A model generated the notes under the pieces. The model worked only from the letters and a program-made list of their open reading frames with translations, did no database searches and was not told the origin of the DNA. A stretch of DNA of 64,000 bases, from positions 480,001-544,000 of the forward strand of contig CAVSGI010000006.1 in NCBI GenBank assembly GCA_963727445.1, written 5' to 3'. Shown here one piece after another: positions 20,831 through 32,906 of this stretch (positions are counted from its first letter, which is position 1; each line of letters opens with the position of its first letter). This DNA is from an uncultured delta proteobacterium (lineage in GTDB: Bacteria > Myxococcota_A > Polyangia > Polyangiales > B10-G4). Made by a program: the position numbers and the translations under genes.

Positions 20831-22331
20831 TCACTCGCAGGTGCGCTCGATCATCCACAAGTCCCAGTCGCCTGGCGGGCCTCGTTGGGAGCCGAAGACG
20901 ATGGCGAGCTGATCGCGGCGGACGAAGACGTCCGCGTCGCTGGTGCCGCTCGTGACCGGAGAGAAGACCGAAGGAGGGCCGAAGGTTCCATCCCCGAGGG
21001 AGGGTGCGCGAAGGATTCTCGCTGCCGCCGGTCACGTGCGAGTAGAGCAGGGCCCCCGATGCGTCGAGGGACGGGCAGCATTCGAAGTCGGTGGTGGTGA
21101 GCTCGGCGATCATCTCGACGCCGACGAAGGTGCTGCCGCTTCGCGTCGCCCGATAGAGGTCGGTGTCGCCGCCGCCCATGGCGCGGCTGCTCGAGAAGTA
21201 GAGGGTCGACCCGTCGGCGCTGAGCTCCGGGCCGAAGGCGTCGCCGCCGAGGTCGATGAGCTCGACGCTGCCGAAGGGCATGCCCACCGCCACGCGGCTG
21301 GCGCGGTAGGTCTGAAACTCGTGCGCATAGTAGATGGTCAGGCCGTCGTCGGTCAGATACGGGTCGCTCTCCTCTCCCGACGTCGAGAGCTCCGTCACCA
21401 ACGTCGGCGCGTCGAACGGCACATCCGGGGCGGCGCGCGTCGCCCGGTAGAGGTCGGCCATGCCGGGGCCGCCGCCGCGGTTCGAGCCGAAGAAGATCTC
21501 GAGGCCGTCGCCGGACATGTAGGGCGCCCGATCCGTGGCGCTGGAGTTGAGCGTCGTGAGCTCGGTCGCGCTCCCCCACGCGGAGAAGACGCAAGAGGCG
21601 TCAGGCGCGGCGTCGGGCGCGACGTCGGCGGCGTCAGCGTCCGCCTGACCGGTGTCCGCTGGCCCGGTGTCCGTCCCGCCATCCATCATCGCCGCGTCGC
21701 TCTCCCCGGGCCGCGGCGCGCAGCCCGTCTCCGGGGCGCAGTACTCGGTAGCTCCGCAGCGGGAGTTGTCGCCTTCGAGGAGACACGCCCCGCCTGCGCA
21801 ACCCGCGGCGGCGCAGGCCGCGCCCGTGGGGCAATCGGAGGCGGCCGCGCACTCCGGGGTGCCGCAGGCTTCCGGGTGGCTCTCGGAGCACTCGGGCGCG
21901 ACGCAGTGGCCCGCGAGGCAGGCGGTCGCCGCGGGATCGCTGGACCCGGGACAGGACACCCCCGCGCAACTGCGCGTGAGGACCACGATGAGGCCGAGAG
22001 TCCCGCCTTCGAAGGTCACGACGACGGGACGGGAGAGCACGGTGCCGCCGTCGCTCTCCACGAGCTCCACCATCAGCCGGTGGGTGCCCGTCGCGAGCCC
22101 GTCGAACTCCGCCACCCGCTGACCGGCCCCGAAGTCGTCGTCGAGCCGCGCGTCGACGTTCATGGTGATGGTGCCGGGCGCCCCCGTCTCGAGGCCGACC
22201 CGCACCCCCGCGAACTCCACCCCGGGCACCAGGTCGGTCTTCACATCCACCGCGAGGACGCCTTTGTCCTCCCCGTCACAGCCGAAGATCGCGCACGCGA
22301 AGAGGACGAGGTGAAAGGGGCGCGAGCGCAC
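20831..22331 (-). CDS. Lipoprotein with Cys-rich linker and PD40/TolB-like propeller repeats; +1 frameshift at ~21016
   Basis: Lipobox AIFGC. Repeats P.LS.DG.TIYF.S.R..G..DLYRATR. The corrected frame ends FVRRDQLAIVFGSQRGPPGDWDLWMIERTCE* at 20831. Confidence 0.8.
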
Positions 22332-22395
22332 GGACCGTAGTCTATCGGACCCGGGCCGAGGTACGGAGTTGCCGTTTAGGGACGTCGGGGGCGCT

Positions 22396-24231
<1,836 letters not shown>

Positions 24232-24250
24232 CTTGGATTTATCCTGGTGC

Positions 24251-27200
24251 CTAGGGTGTGCCGTCCCGGTTCTGGATGATGTCGTAGAGCCGCTCCATGC
24301 CGCGCGACTCGCTCGAGAGCATGTCGGCGCTGCGGCTCATCAGCTCCTGGTAATCGGTCGTGTCGAAGTGGGTGCCGGCGCCGGGCGCGGCGCGGTTCAC
24401 CTCGGTCAGGACGTCGATCAGGATCTCGAGCTGCGTCTCCTCCTGGCCCGGCTGCAGGGCGACCAGGTTCTGAAGGACGCGGGTGAGGGTGCGGCGGTCG
24501 TCCACCACGTTCGACTCGCGGATGAGGTTCAACCCACCGTCGACCGCGCTGTCGTCGAGGACCAGCTCGTCCCCCGTTTCGATCACGACGCTGGCGTTGC
24601 CCGCCACCGCGTCTCCCATGACGTTGAGGATGGGCACGATGTTCCGGTCGTCCTCGAGCACCATCATCATGTCGGCGGCCGCGAAGAGTGTGGCGTCGAA
24701 GGCGTCGTTGCCCGACGCCTCGTCGAAGAGATAGGCCATGAGCTGGGAGAGCTCGGAGCGCGCGGCGTCGTCGGTCTGGATCGCGTCGGCGAAGCGGATG
24801 GCGCTCGCCCCCATGGGGCCGGTCATGGAGTCGGCGATGTCGCCGTCCAGATCGTGCGCCCACATGGCGAGGTCGCCCGCGGTCCGGTGGGCATCGATGC
24901 GGTCGCGGAGGAGCTCCACCAGGATCCGGAACAGGGCGATGGAGCGACGATTCTCGAACTGGAAGTTGCCGCCTCCGGCGGGGTTCACCTGGAGGAACTG
25001 GTCGACCAGGGCACCGCGCGCCTCGAGCCAGGGCCCGTGCCTCTCGGGTGCAGCGGCGAAGGCGTCGTCCATGGCCGACAGGCCATCGAGGAGCTGGTAG
25101 AGCGGCGTGGCCTGCACCGTGCGCCGCCCGGCGTTGGTGCGGGTGGTGGTGCTGCCGTCGCGGTAGGCCAGGCCCGGGTTCCGATCCGGATCGACCAGCG
25201 CCTCGGTCGCCGCCGCCAGCGCGGCGATCCCGTCGACGCCCGGCCGCACCTCGATGTCGTCGAGGATCTTGCTGATCTGGTGGAGGCGCATGGTGAAGCC
25301 TCCGTCGGCGAAGAGGTCGGCGACGTTCTCCTCGTAGGAGACGCCGTCCGATTGGTACGAGAAGAAGCGACGCCCGGGGTCGTCGTTCTGGGTGGTGTCG
25401 CTCTCGGGCGAGGGGTAGTGCAGGTGCACCGAGCTGATCAGCTCGCCGAAGAGAAAGCGGTTGCCCGACCACCCGGGGGTGATCCCATCGCCGCGGGTCC
25501 GGCGGTCGTAGTCGTCGAAGGCCTCGAGCATCGGGATCATCGCGTCGTAGAAGGTCACGCGCGAAGGCTCGAAGCCGTCGTTGAAGCGCCACTCGCGCTC
25601 CCACGCGAAGATGGTGGCCTGGTGGCGGCCCTCCACCTCGACGTTGTCGCGGGTGAGCGGCGGGTCGACGATGTTCTGCAGGAAGTCGTTCCGCGGCGCG
25701 AAGACCATGCGGGCGAGGGCCTCCGGCGTCGGGTGGGTGGTGAGCCCGTCGATGCCGGTGTTGATCTCGAGTAGCTGGTCGGTGGTGACGATGCCGCTGA
25801 GGAGCGCGAGGAGATCGTTGAGGGTGGTGTCCTTGAGCTCGAGCTCGGCGCGCCCGATCACCGACTGGGCGAAGATCTCGGCGACGTTGTCGATCTGGAG
25901 CAGCTCGCACTCGGCGTAGCTGCCGGTGAGCGGCCAGCGGATGGGCCCGATCACCAGGCGCGCGCCGGGCTTGTTGCAGATCTGGACGCCCGACAGGTCG
26001 TGGATCAACGAGATGGAGCGCTCAAAGAGGCTCTGATTGCCCATCACGTCGGGTCGGCCCCGGTCGACGAGCTGGGTGAACTCGACGTCCCGCCGGTAGC
26101 GGTTGATGTCCGACGGGTCGTAGTTGACCTGGTCCTCGTAGCGCATCATGTCGCCGTAGATCTCGCCGAGGCGTGCCGAGCGCGGATCTGCGAAGGAGCG
26201 GAGCAGCCCTTCGGTCAGCCCGGGCTCCTGGGCGATCCAGATCACGACCTGGAGCAGGTCGTCCCAGAGCTCGTTCGGCTGGACGAGCGCGGCGTCGCGC
26301 ATGTCGGAGCGCCGGTCGGCGAAGAGGCCCGATTCGATCAGCGCCGCGACCTCGGACTCGTGATCGCGCAAGAGGACCTCGACCACCGCGAGCGCATCGT
26401 CCGTCTCGGGCCGCGCGAGGAGCGGGCCGACCGCGTGCAGCACGTCGAAGAGCGCGCCTGCGCTCTGATCGGGGCCGGCGTAGTTGAAGGAGGACGCGCC
26501 ATAGGCGCGGGCGTGGATCACCTCCGGTCCGAGGAGCGCCGGCAGGCCGTACATCATGTTGAGGGCGGTGTTGTCCTCCGGGTCGAAGAGCCGCAGCGCT
26601 TCGCGCTCGAGGCCGGCGAGCATGGTGCGGTCGCCGTCGAAGTAGGCGTAGTAGCGGGTGCCATCGCTGCGCAGCGCCCGCCCCGAGCCGTCGCGGGGCA
26701 CCGGGGCCTCGCCAGGGACGGTGTAGGGCGCGGGCACGTCGAGAACGGCTCCCACGGGGTCGACGAAGCGCCCGAGGTCGTCCACGTCCGCGAGACCGTC
26801 CCGATTCATGTCGGCAAAGGGCGAGGGGATGGCGCCGCCGAGCGTGTCCACCATGGCGATCCCGCGATCATCACGGCGCAGCACCCAGCGCGGCTGGCCT
26901 TCGGCGAAGGCGTCGTCTTCGCGGTACATGTAGCGCCGCATGATGGAGAGCGTGGACTCCTCGGTGATCGTCGGGTCGTCCGGCTGCGCGGTGACCATCT
27001 CGAGGGCGGCGGCGCGCAAGAGCTGATCGAGCTCGTCGTGCGCCGCGCCGTCGTCGGCGATCACGTCGAGCGCGGTCTGGGAGAGCTCCTCGAAGCGCGG
27101 GTAGGCGAGGAGCGGGCGCGCGACGCCGAGCCCGATGCGGAGCGGGCGATAGCCTTCGCGATAGCCGAGGCGCTCGAGCGCATGCAGGGCGTCCTCATCG

Positions 27201-27628
27201 GTGGTCATCCGGTCGAGGAGCTGTGCGATGGCGCGGGTGCTGCGCGGCAGGTAGTCCTCGGGCGGCTCGTAGAACGGAAGCAGCTGCACCATGAAGTTCT
27301 GGAGGTCGTCCTGCATCTCTTCGGGCAGCACCGTGTCGAGGGCGCCCACCAATCGGTCGCGGTTCTCGGCGAGCGCGCGAAGCCGAGGCGTCGCCGCCGC
27401 CTCCGGTCCCACGGCCCCGCGACAGAGATCGCGCGACTCGCTTCCGTCCGTATCGGCGGGGTTCTCTTCGCTCGCGATCCGCTCGCAGAGCACCTTGTAG
27501 ATCTCCGCGCCGAGGCTGCCGCGCGCAGGCGCCACACGCGTCGTGTCGAACTCCTGGGCACAGGAGGTGAGGACGAAACAAGCGAAGGCGACGATGAAGG
27601 CGCGGTGGCGAGCGAGCAGGCGTTGCAC
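24251..27628 (-). CDS. Large hypothetical lipoprotein (1125 aa)
   Basis: Lipobox FVLTSC, high GC3, acidic and largely helical. Contains the Ca-loop-like motif DMNRDGLADVD. Confidence 0.85.
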   Translation of the reverse strand: MQRLLARHRAFIVAFACFVLTSCAQEFDTTRVAPARGSLGAEIYKVLCERIASEENPADTDGSESRDLCRGAVGPEAAATPRLRALAENRDRLVGALDTVLPEEMQDDLQNFMVQLLPFYEPPEDYLPRSTRAIAQLLDRMTTDEDALHALERLGYREGYRPLRIGLGVARPLLAYPRFEELSQTALDVIADDGAAHDELDQLLRAAALEMVTAQPDDPTITEESTLSIMRRYMYREDDAFAEGQPRWVLRRDDRGIAMVDTLGGAIPSPFADMNRDGLADVDDLGRFVDPVGAVLDVPAPYTVPGEAPVPRDGSGRALRSDGTRYYAYFDGDRTMLAGLEREALRLFDPEDNTALNMMYGLPALLGPEVIHARAYGASSFNYAGPDQSAGALFDVLHAVGPLLARPETDDALAVVEVLLRDHESEVAALIESGLFADRRSDMRDAALVQPNELWDDLLQVVIWIAQEPGLTEGLLRSFADPRSARLGEIYGDMMRYEDQVNYDPSDINRYRRDVEFTQLVDRGRPDVMGNQSLFERSISLIHDLSGVQICNKPGARLVIGPIRWPLTGSYAECELLQIDNVAEIFAQSVIGRAELELKDTTLNDLLALLSGIVTTDQLLEINTGIDGLTTHPTPEALARMVFAPRNDFLQNIVDPPLTRDNVEVEGRHQATIFAWEREWRFNDGFEPSRVTFYDAMIPMLEAFDDYDRRTRGDGITPGWSGNRFLFGELISSVHLHYPSPESDTTQNDDPGRRFFSYQSDGVSYEENVADLFADGGFTMRLHQISKILDDIEVRPGVDGIAALAAATEALVDPDRNPGLAYRDGSTTTRTNAGRRTVQATPLYQLLDGLSAMDDAFAAAPERHGPWLEARGALVDQFLQVNPAGGGNFQFENRRSIALFRILVELLRDRIDAHRTAGDLAMWAHDLDGDIADSMTGPMGASAIRFADAIQTDDAARSELSQLMAYLFDEASGNDAFDATLFAAADMMMVLEDDRNIVPILNVMGDAVAGNASVVIETGDELVLDDSAVDGGLNLIRESNVVDDRRTLTRVLQNLVALQPGQEETQLEILIDVLTEVNRAAPGAGTHFDTTDYQELMSRSADMLSSESRGMERLYDIIQNRDGTP

Positions 27629-27709
27629 GGTACTGCTTCAAAGCTACGGAATTGTCGGCCGCGCACAAGCACCTTGCCGCGATGAGGCCTGCCCACTACA
27701 TGGCCAGCC

Positions 27710-28570
27710 GTGAGCGCCGAGACCTGGACGATTCGCCGCATGGTCACCTGGATGGCCGATGACTTCGCCAAGCGAGGCATCGAGAGCGCACGTCTGGACG
27801 CCAATCTCCTGGTCGCCCACGCCCTCGGGGTCCCCCGGGTGAACCTCTACATGGACCTCGACCGGCCCCTCGATCCCTCCGAGCTGGCTGAAATTCGGGG
27901 TCTGGTGCCGCGCCGACGCGCCCGGGAGCCGATCGCCTACATCCTCGGCCGCCGCGAGTTCTATGGGCGCAGCTTTGGCGTCGGTCCGGCGGTGCTGGTC
28001 CCCCGCCCCGAGACCGAGCTCCTGGTGGAGCGCACGCTGGCGGCGCTCCCCGAGGGTGGTCGGGTCCTCGACCTCTGCACTGGCAGCGGCTGTGTGGCAG
28101 CGACCCTCGCCGCCGAGCGCGCCTCGATCACGGTGGTGGCGACGGACGTCTCTGCCGACGCCGCCGAAATCGCCCGCAAGAACGTCGCCGCCCTCGAGGT
28201 CGAAGAGAGGGTGGAGGTGCGCGTGGGGGACCTCTTCGCGCCCATCGCCGGCGAGGCGGTCTTCGACGCCATCGTCGCCAACCCTCCGTACGTCGCCGCG
28301 GCCGACATGCACGACCTCGAAGCGGACGTCCGCGAGCACGAGCCCCACCTGGCGCTCGTCGCCGGCGCGGATGGGCTCGACTTCATTCGCCGCATCGCCC
28401 TCGGAGCCCGGGCACGGCTCGCCCCAGCGGGCTACCTCGCCCTCGAGATCGGCGCGGGCCAGGGTGAAGCGGTGGCCGCGCTCTTTCACGAGGCCGGCTT
28501 CATCGACGTCGCGGTGGCAGTGGACCTCGCGGGGATCGGTCGGGTGGTCGAAGGCCGCGCGCCCACGTGA
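27710..28570 (+). CDS. prmC: Release factor glutamine methyltransferase PrmC/HemK
   Basis: EPIAYILG.REFYG, VLVPRPETE, LDLCTGSG, NPPY, HEPHLAL..G.DGL, LEIG. Confidence 0.96.
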   Translation: MSAETWTIRRMVTWMADDFAKRGIESARLDANLLVAHALGVPRVNLYMDLDRPLDPSELAEIRGLVPRRRAREPIAYILGRREFYGRSFGVGPAVLVPRPETELLVERTLAALPEGGRVLDLCTGSGCVAATLAAERASITVVATDVSADAAEIARKNVAALEVEERVEVRVGDLFAPIAGEAVFDAIVANPPYVAAADMHDLEADVREHEPHLALVAGADGLDFIRRIALGARARLAPAGYLALEIGAGQGEAVAALFHEAGFIDVAVAVDLAGIGRVVEGRAPT

Positions 28571-28585
28571 GCGGCGCGCACCGTT

Positions 28586-29461
28586 TCAGGGCTCCATGAT
28601 CCGCCCGGGTGCTCCCATCGTCCCGCGCTCGGTGTGACAGGAGTTGCAGTCGCCGGTGGTCACCGGCTGGGTCATCGCCCGGACCCGGCCGTCCTCGAGG
28701 ACGCGGGCGGTGATGGGCATCACCACCGAGCTTTCGCGCGTGAAGTTGCCGGAGGAGTTGACCCCGAGGGTGAACACGGCGCCGGTGGCGTCGGTGATCT
28801 CCACCTGGATCGCGCCCGAGCTCGCGCCGACGCATCCGTCCGGCTCGTGGGCGGTGGGGAAGACGGTCCCGGCGATGCTGAAGATGGGGCCCTCGTCGCG
28901 CGAATGGCAGGTGTTGCACGCGCCGCCCGGCTGCATCCGCGTCTCGAGCCGCTCGCTCGTGCCGAGGTGGTTGCCGGAGGTGCAGACCGTCGGCGTGTCG
29001 GTGGGGGTGGGCGGAGGCGGCATGTCGGCGCAGGTGCCGGCGGCCATCCCGCTGGTGACCCAGGCGGCGAAGGCGTCGACCTCGCCGCTCGGCACGGGTG
29101 AGAGCGTCGCGGGCGGCATGGGGGCGGCCCCCGCGGCGCGCATGCGAATCACCGCGCGGTCCGCGACGGTGACCGAGGGATCGACCGCGGAAGGCGCCAC
29201 CAGATCGTCACGCGTGACCAGCGCCACGGTCGCACCGCCGATGGGCGGGTCGGTGTGGCAGCCGGTGCAGTGGGTGTAGAGGAGGTTCGACACCTCGCAG
29301 GGCAGGCCGCTCGGATACGGGGCGGCGTCCGTTTCGACCGAGGCGTCGGAGAGGTAGGCGTTCGAAGGGGGACCGGCGGGGGCGTCGAGGCCACCGCTAC
29401 AGGCGATAAGGGGGATGGAGAGGAGCCAGAGGCCGATGGCGCGGGGAGTACTGACCGTCAC
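28586..29461 (-). CDS. Triheme c-type cytochrome lipoprotein
   Basis: Lipobox LIAC and three CxxCH motifs (CTGCH, CNTCH, CNSCH). MPP motif may give an axial Met. Confidence 0.82.
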   Translation of the reverse strand: MTVSTPRAIGLWLLSIPLIACSGGLDAPAGPPSNAYLSDASVETDAAPYPSGLPCEVSNLLYTHCTGCHTDPPIGGATVALVTRDDLVAPSAVDPSVTVADRAVIRMRAAGAAPMPPATLSPVPSGEVDAFAAWVTSGMAAGTCADMPPPPTPTDTPTVCTSGNHLGTSERLETRMQPGGACNTCHSRDEGPIFSIAGTVFPTAHEPDGCVGASSGAIQVEITDATGAVFTLGVNSSGNFTRESSVVMPITARVLEDGRVRAMTQPVTTGDCNSCHTERGTMGAPGRIMEP

Positions 29462-29475
29462 TGAATAGTGGGTGT

Positions 29476-29491
29476 CGCAAACGATGTGCCG
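29476..29491 (-). promoter_or_regulatory. Possible sigma54 promoter of the cytochrome gene
   Basis: Minus strand CGGCACATCGTTTGCG has GG-N10-GC spacing. It would give a very short leader. Confidence 0.45.
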
Positions 29492-29674
29492 CGTTCATGG
29501 CGACGGCTTTTCCTGCGTTTTCGGGCTGAGCACGCGTACGACGCGCGTACGGTGTGCCGGGCCGAGCGGGGCTTCGGCGATCGATCGAAACCCGAACAAG
29601 AGCGGACGCGGGTGGGTGGGGGTCGCCTCGTGCGAGCGGTCCGTCAGGACGGACAGGACGCGGCGGGCGACCCC

Positions 29675-30049
29675 TCAGAGCGCGAGGGCGGTGCCCGGGG
29701 GGAGTTTCTCGATCGCGCTGATCGACATCGGGTAGTCGCCGTCCCAGCGGACCTCGAAGGTGAAGCGGACGAGGTCGTCCGTGCCGATCCCCTCCATCGA
29801 GATGCTCGGTGGGCGGTGGAAGCCCATGGTCATCGACTCCATGCCCACCCGTTGGCCCTCCCGATTGTGGAAGTCTTCGATCGCTTCGTGCTGGATCCAG
29901 ACCTCGCTTCCCGTGATGTCGGCGACGCGTCCACGCGCCGTGTAGGTACCGTCCGGAGGGCCGTCGTTCCGGAGCGCGTCGTCGCAGGCGGCGCAGCACA
30001 GGAGCGCCAGCAGGAGGAGGGAGAGAGGGGTCGGCGAAGTGAGGAACAT
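29675..30049 (-). CDS. CusF-like copper-binding lipoprotein
   Basis: YTARGRV..IQHEAI..GMESMTMGF..GTDDLVRFTF matches the His/Met-Met CusF OB-fold pattern. Confidence 0.8.
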   Translation of the reverse strand: MFLTSPTPLSLLLLALLCCAACDDALRNDGPPDGTYTARGRVADITGSEVWIQHEAIEDFHNREGQRVGMESMTMGFHRPPSISMEGIGTDDLVRFTFEVRWDGDYPMSISAIEKLPPGTALAL

Positions 30050-30144
30050 GGCGCACAAACGTAACGCATCGGGCGGGGGGACGTAGACTCGGACGGGGGG
30101 CATTGAACGGATCGGCCCCCTCGATCGTACAACCAGAGCCCTCG

Positions 30145-30858
30145 ATGCCCCGCTTCGCCTTCATCACCCTCGCGCTGCTGCTCCTGGCCCCGCCTCCGGC
30201 CTCGGCCCTCGACAGCGCCCCGTGGGAGCGGGTGCTCGCGGCCTACGCGCGCGCCGACGGCTTCGACTACGCCGGGCTGAAAGCGGACGCGGCGCGCAAG
30301 GCCGACCTCGCGCGCTTCCTCACCTCCGTGGCCGAGATGGACGACGACGAGCCGCTGGCCTCCTGGCTCAACGCCTACGACGCCATCGTCGTCTCGGAGG
30401 TGGTGGCGCGTTATCCCCTCGCGTCGGTGCGTGACGTCGACGGCTTCTTCGACCACATGGAGCACCGCGTCGCCGGGCGCCGGCGCACCCTCGACGCGAT
30501 CGAGCACCAGGTGATCCGCCCGCGCTTTCACGACGCGCGGGTGCACTTCGCGCTCAACTGCGGCTCGCGTAGCTGTCCGCCGCTGCATCGCCACGCGTTC
30601 GTTCAGCGCACCCTCGACCGGACCCTCGACACGCTGGTGGAGCATGCGCTCGCCGATCGGCGCCAAGCGCGGATCTCTGGCACTACGGTCCATCTCACCG
30701 AGCTCTTCTTCTGGTTCCGCGAGGACTTCGAGCGTGACGGCCGAAGCGTGGTGGGCTGGTTGAAAGCGCACGGCGGCGCGCGCTTCGCGAGCGTCCCCGA
30801 CGACGCGCACCTCGAGCGTATCCCTTGGGACTGGCGCCTCAACGACGCGAGCGATTGA
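30145..30858 (+). CDS. DUF547-domain secreted protein
   Basis: Signal peptide. FDYAGL, WLNAY, TLDAIEH, DARVHFALNCGSRSCP, FFWFREDF, DWRLN. Confidence 0.9.
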   Translation: MPRFAFITLALLLLAPPPASALDSAPWERVLAAYARADGFDYAGLKADAARKADLARFLTSVAEMDDDEPLASWLNAYDAIVVSEVVARYPLASVRDVDGFFDHMEHRVAGRRRTLDAIEHQVIRPRFHDARVHFALNCGSRSCPPLHRHAFVQRTLDRTLDTLVEHALADRRQARISGTTVHLTELFFWFREDFERDGRSVVGWLKAHGGARFASVPDDAHLERIPWDWRLNDASD

Positions 30859-30862
30859 CCGC

Positions 30863-31741
30863 TCACGCGGCGAGCTGCGCGCCCGACTCGACCTGGAGCG
30901 TGAGCTCGGCCGTGCCGACGACGACCCAGTGAGTCACCGCGCGGTAGACCCCGTCGGCGGGCGCGAGCTCGGCGCGGAGCTGAACGCGGTCACCCATCGT
31001 CACGAGGGTCTCGACGGCGCGGTCCGCGGGGAAGAGCGGGAAGTGCTCGGCGTCCTCGTCCGGGTCGTAGCCCAGCCGCAGGCTCAGGTACTCCGCGGGC
31101 GCGCTGCGTGGGTGACGAGCCCGTGAGCCGAAGACGCGGCAGCGCCCTCCATCAATCCGCACGACACGGCCATCGTCGAGGAGAACCTCCAGGGCCTCGG
31201 TCTCCCCATCGACGAGCACCACCGAGGCGGAGCCGTTCGCGTCATCGCTCGAGAGCTGCACGCCCCATGCGGCGCAGGGGCGAGCGCTGAGCGGGGCCGC
31301 GAGAGCGTTGGATGCACGCACGACCTGGCCCGAGAGCGTTTCCATCCGCGACTGATGCGAAAGGGGGCTCACCCCCGTCGGCCGCGGCCGGGTCCACCAC
31401 CGATAGAGCTTCTTGCCGAGACAGAAGAGGAAGCTGCCGAGCAGGAACGCGAGGAAGACGGCCAGGAACGCGATGGCGATGATCACCAGTTCGTCTGCGC
31501 CCCCTGCGATGTCGCAGCCCCCACACGCATCGAGCCCCGAGAAGATGCCGGCACAGCTCCCCGCCTTCGCCGCCGCCCGAACCCGGGCGCGGAGGTCGGG
31601 GGAGCCCCACGTGTGCGCCCGAAGTCTCTCGCGCCCCTCGGCGGTCCAGAGCGTGGCGGGTGGGTCGTCGGGGTGAAGGTCGCAGGATTCGTCGGGGTGG
31701 AGGCGGGTTCGGCAGTGGAGGCAAACGGCGCTTTGGATCAC
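30863..31741 (-). CDS. Hypothetical membrane protein (N-terminal CxxC..CxxH, one TM, GIDE-like C-terminus)
   Basis: CLHC..CDLH, one TM helix, and 'LAAPLSARPCAAW' resembling GIDE-like domains (inference). Confidence 0.65.
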   Translation of the reverse strand: MIQSAVCLHCRTRLHPDESCDLHPDDPPATLWTAEGRERLRAHTWGSPDLRARVRAAAKAGSCAGIFSGLDACGGCDIAGGADELVIIAIAFLAVFLAFLLGSFLFCLGKKLYRWWTRPRPTGVSPLSHQSRMETLSGQVVRASNALAAPLSARPCAAWGVQLSSDDANGSASVVLVDGETEALEVLLDDGRVVRIDGGRCRVFGSRARHPRSAPAEYLSLRLGYDPDEDAEHFPLFPADRAVETLVTMGDRVQLRAELAPADGVYRAVTHWVVVGTAELTLQVESGAQLAA

Positions 31742-31854
31742 TGGGCCGGGGGACAGAGCAACGACCGCGCCACCCGGACCATCCGGACTTGGTGGGGCCT
31801 TTCTGCGTCAGGCCCCGGCGCAAATCGCACGCCCGGGGCGAAGTGCGCGGGCAA

Positions 31855-32868
31855 TCAGAGGACGCGGCGCAGCCAGCTCTTCCGCATCAGCCACACCAGG
31901 AAGATGGTGAGCGGGAAGGTGATGGCGACGCGGAGCCAGTGCACGGAGCCGACGCCGAGGAGGTTCACGACGGGGCGGACGAAGATGCCCCAGACCGCGG
32001 GATGCAGGATGTAGACGCCGAGCATCAGGGGCGTCAGGTGCTTGGTGAGCCGGTCGGTCTTGTTGGGAAGCCACAGGACGGCCACCAGCAGGCCCACACC
32101 GCCGACGTAGCGAAGCACGAAGGGCGAGATGTTCGGGTCGGCGAGCACCAACAGTCCCACCAGCACGCCGAAGAGGGCGTAGCCCGCGGTGAGCAGCACG
32201 CGAAGTCGTCCGAGATCGCTGCGCTCGGTGGACAGACCGCGGCCGAGGGCGTAGCCGATGCCGACGGCGGGAAGGGTGAAGCACCACTGATCGAAGGGGT
32301 AGCCGAGCTCGACGTGGGGGGCGACGGTGAGGAGGCCGACGCCGATCACCAACGCCGGGATCGCCGACGCCATGATGGGAAGGCGCTGGGTCGCGCGCTG
32401 CAGGAGGTGCGCGCCGAAGGCGGCGGCGACGATGGCGGGCAGGAACCACAGGTGGATGCGCGGCCCGTAGAAGAGCATCTGCCACTTCGCCCAGCCGAAG
32501 GGCGCCTGGCCCATGGTCATCGCGAAGTAGGCGCGGATGAGGACGAAGGTGATGGCCCAGAAGGCCCAGGGCACGAGGATGCGCTGGGCGCGACGGCGGA
32601 AGAAGACGCCGGAGGGCGGGGGCTCGGCCTTGCTGACGGCGAGGGCCACCGAGACCATCAGGAAGAGGGGCAGGCCGAAGCCCATCAGGGCGTGATTGCC
32701 CGTCAGGTGCAGGCCGACGATGTCGAGTGCCGCGAAGACGCGGAGTCGGTCCCAGTTCTGCAGGTGGATCGCCCGCTCGCCGGTGGCGACCGTCGTCTTC
32801 GTTCCGAAGTCGAGCGCCGCGGCGCGCGACACGGCGCGGGGGAGGGCGGAGCGAATTTCCGGGGGCAC
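31855..32868 (-). CDS. Acyltransferase-3 family membrane protein
   Basis: WDRLRVFAAL, LPLFLMVS, RRRAQRILVPW, HLWFLP, GVYILHP; about 10 TM helices. Confidence 0.88.
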   Translation of the reverse strand: MPPEIRSALPRAVSRAAALDFGTKTTVATGERAIHLQNWDRLRVFAALDIVGLHLTGNHALMGFGLPLFLMVSVALAVSKAEPPPSGVFFRRRAQRILVPWAFWAITFVLIRAYFAMTMGQAPFGWAKWQMLFYGPRIHLWFLPAIVAAAFGAHLLQRATQRLPIMASAIPALVIGVGLLTVAPHVELGYPFDQWCFTLPAVGIGYALGRGLSTERSDLGRLRVLLTAGYALFGVLVGLLVLADPNISPFVLRYVGGVGLLVAVLWLPNKTDRLTKHLTPLMLGVYILHPAVWGIFVRPVVNLLGVGSVHWLRVAITFPLTIFLVWLMRKSWLRRVL

Positions 32869-32906
32869 AGCGGGGCCACGTTAGCCCAGCTCGCGGCCGG
32901 GAGCCA

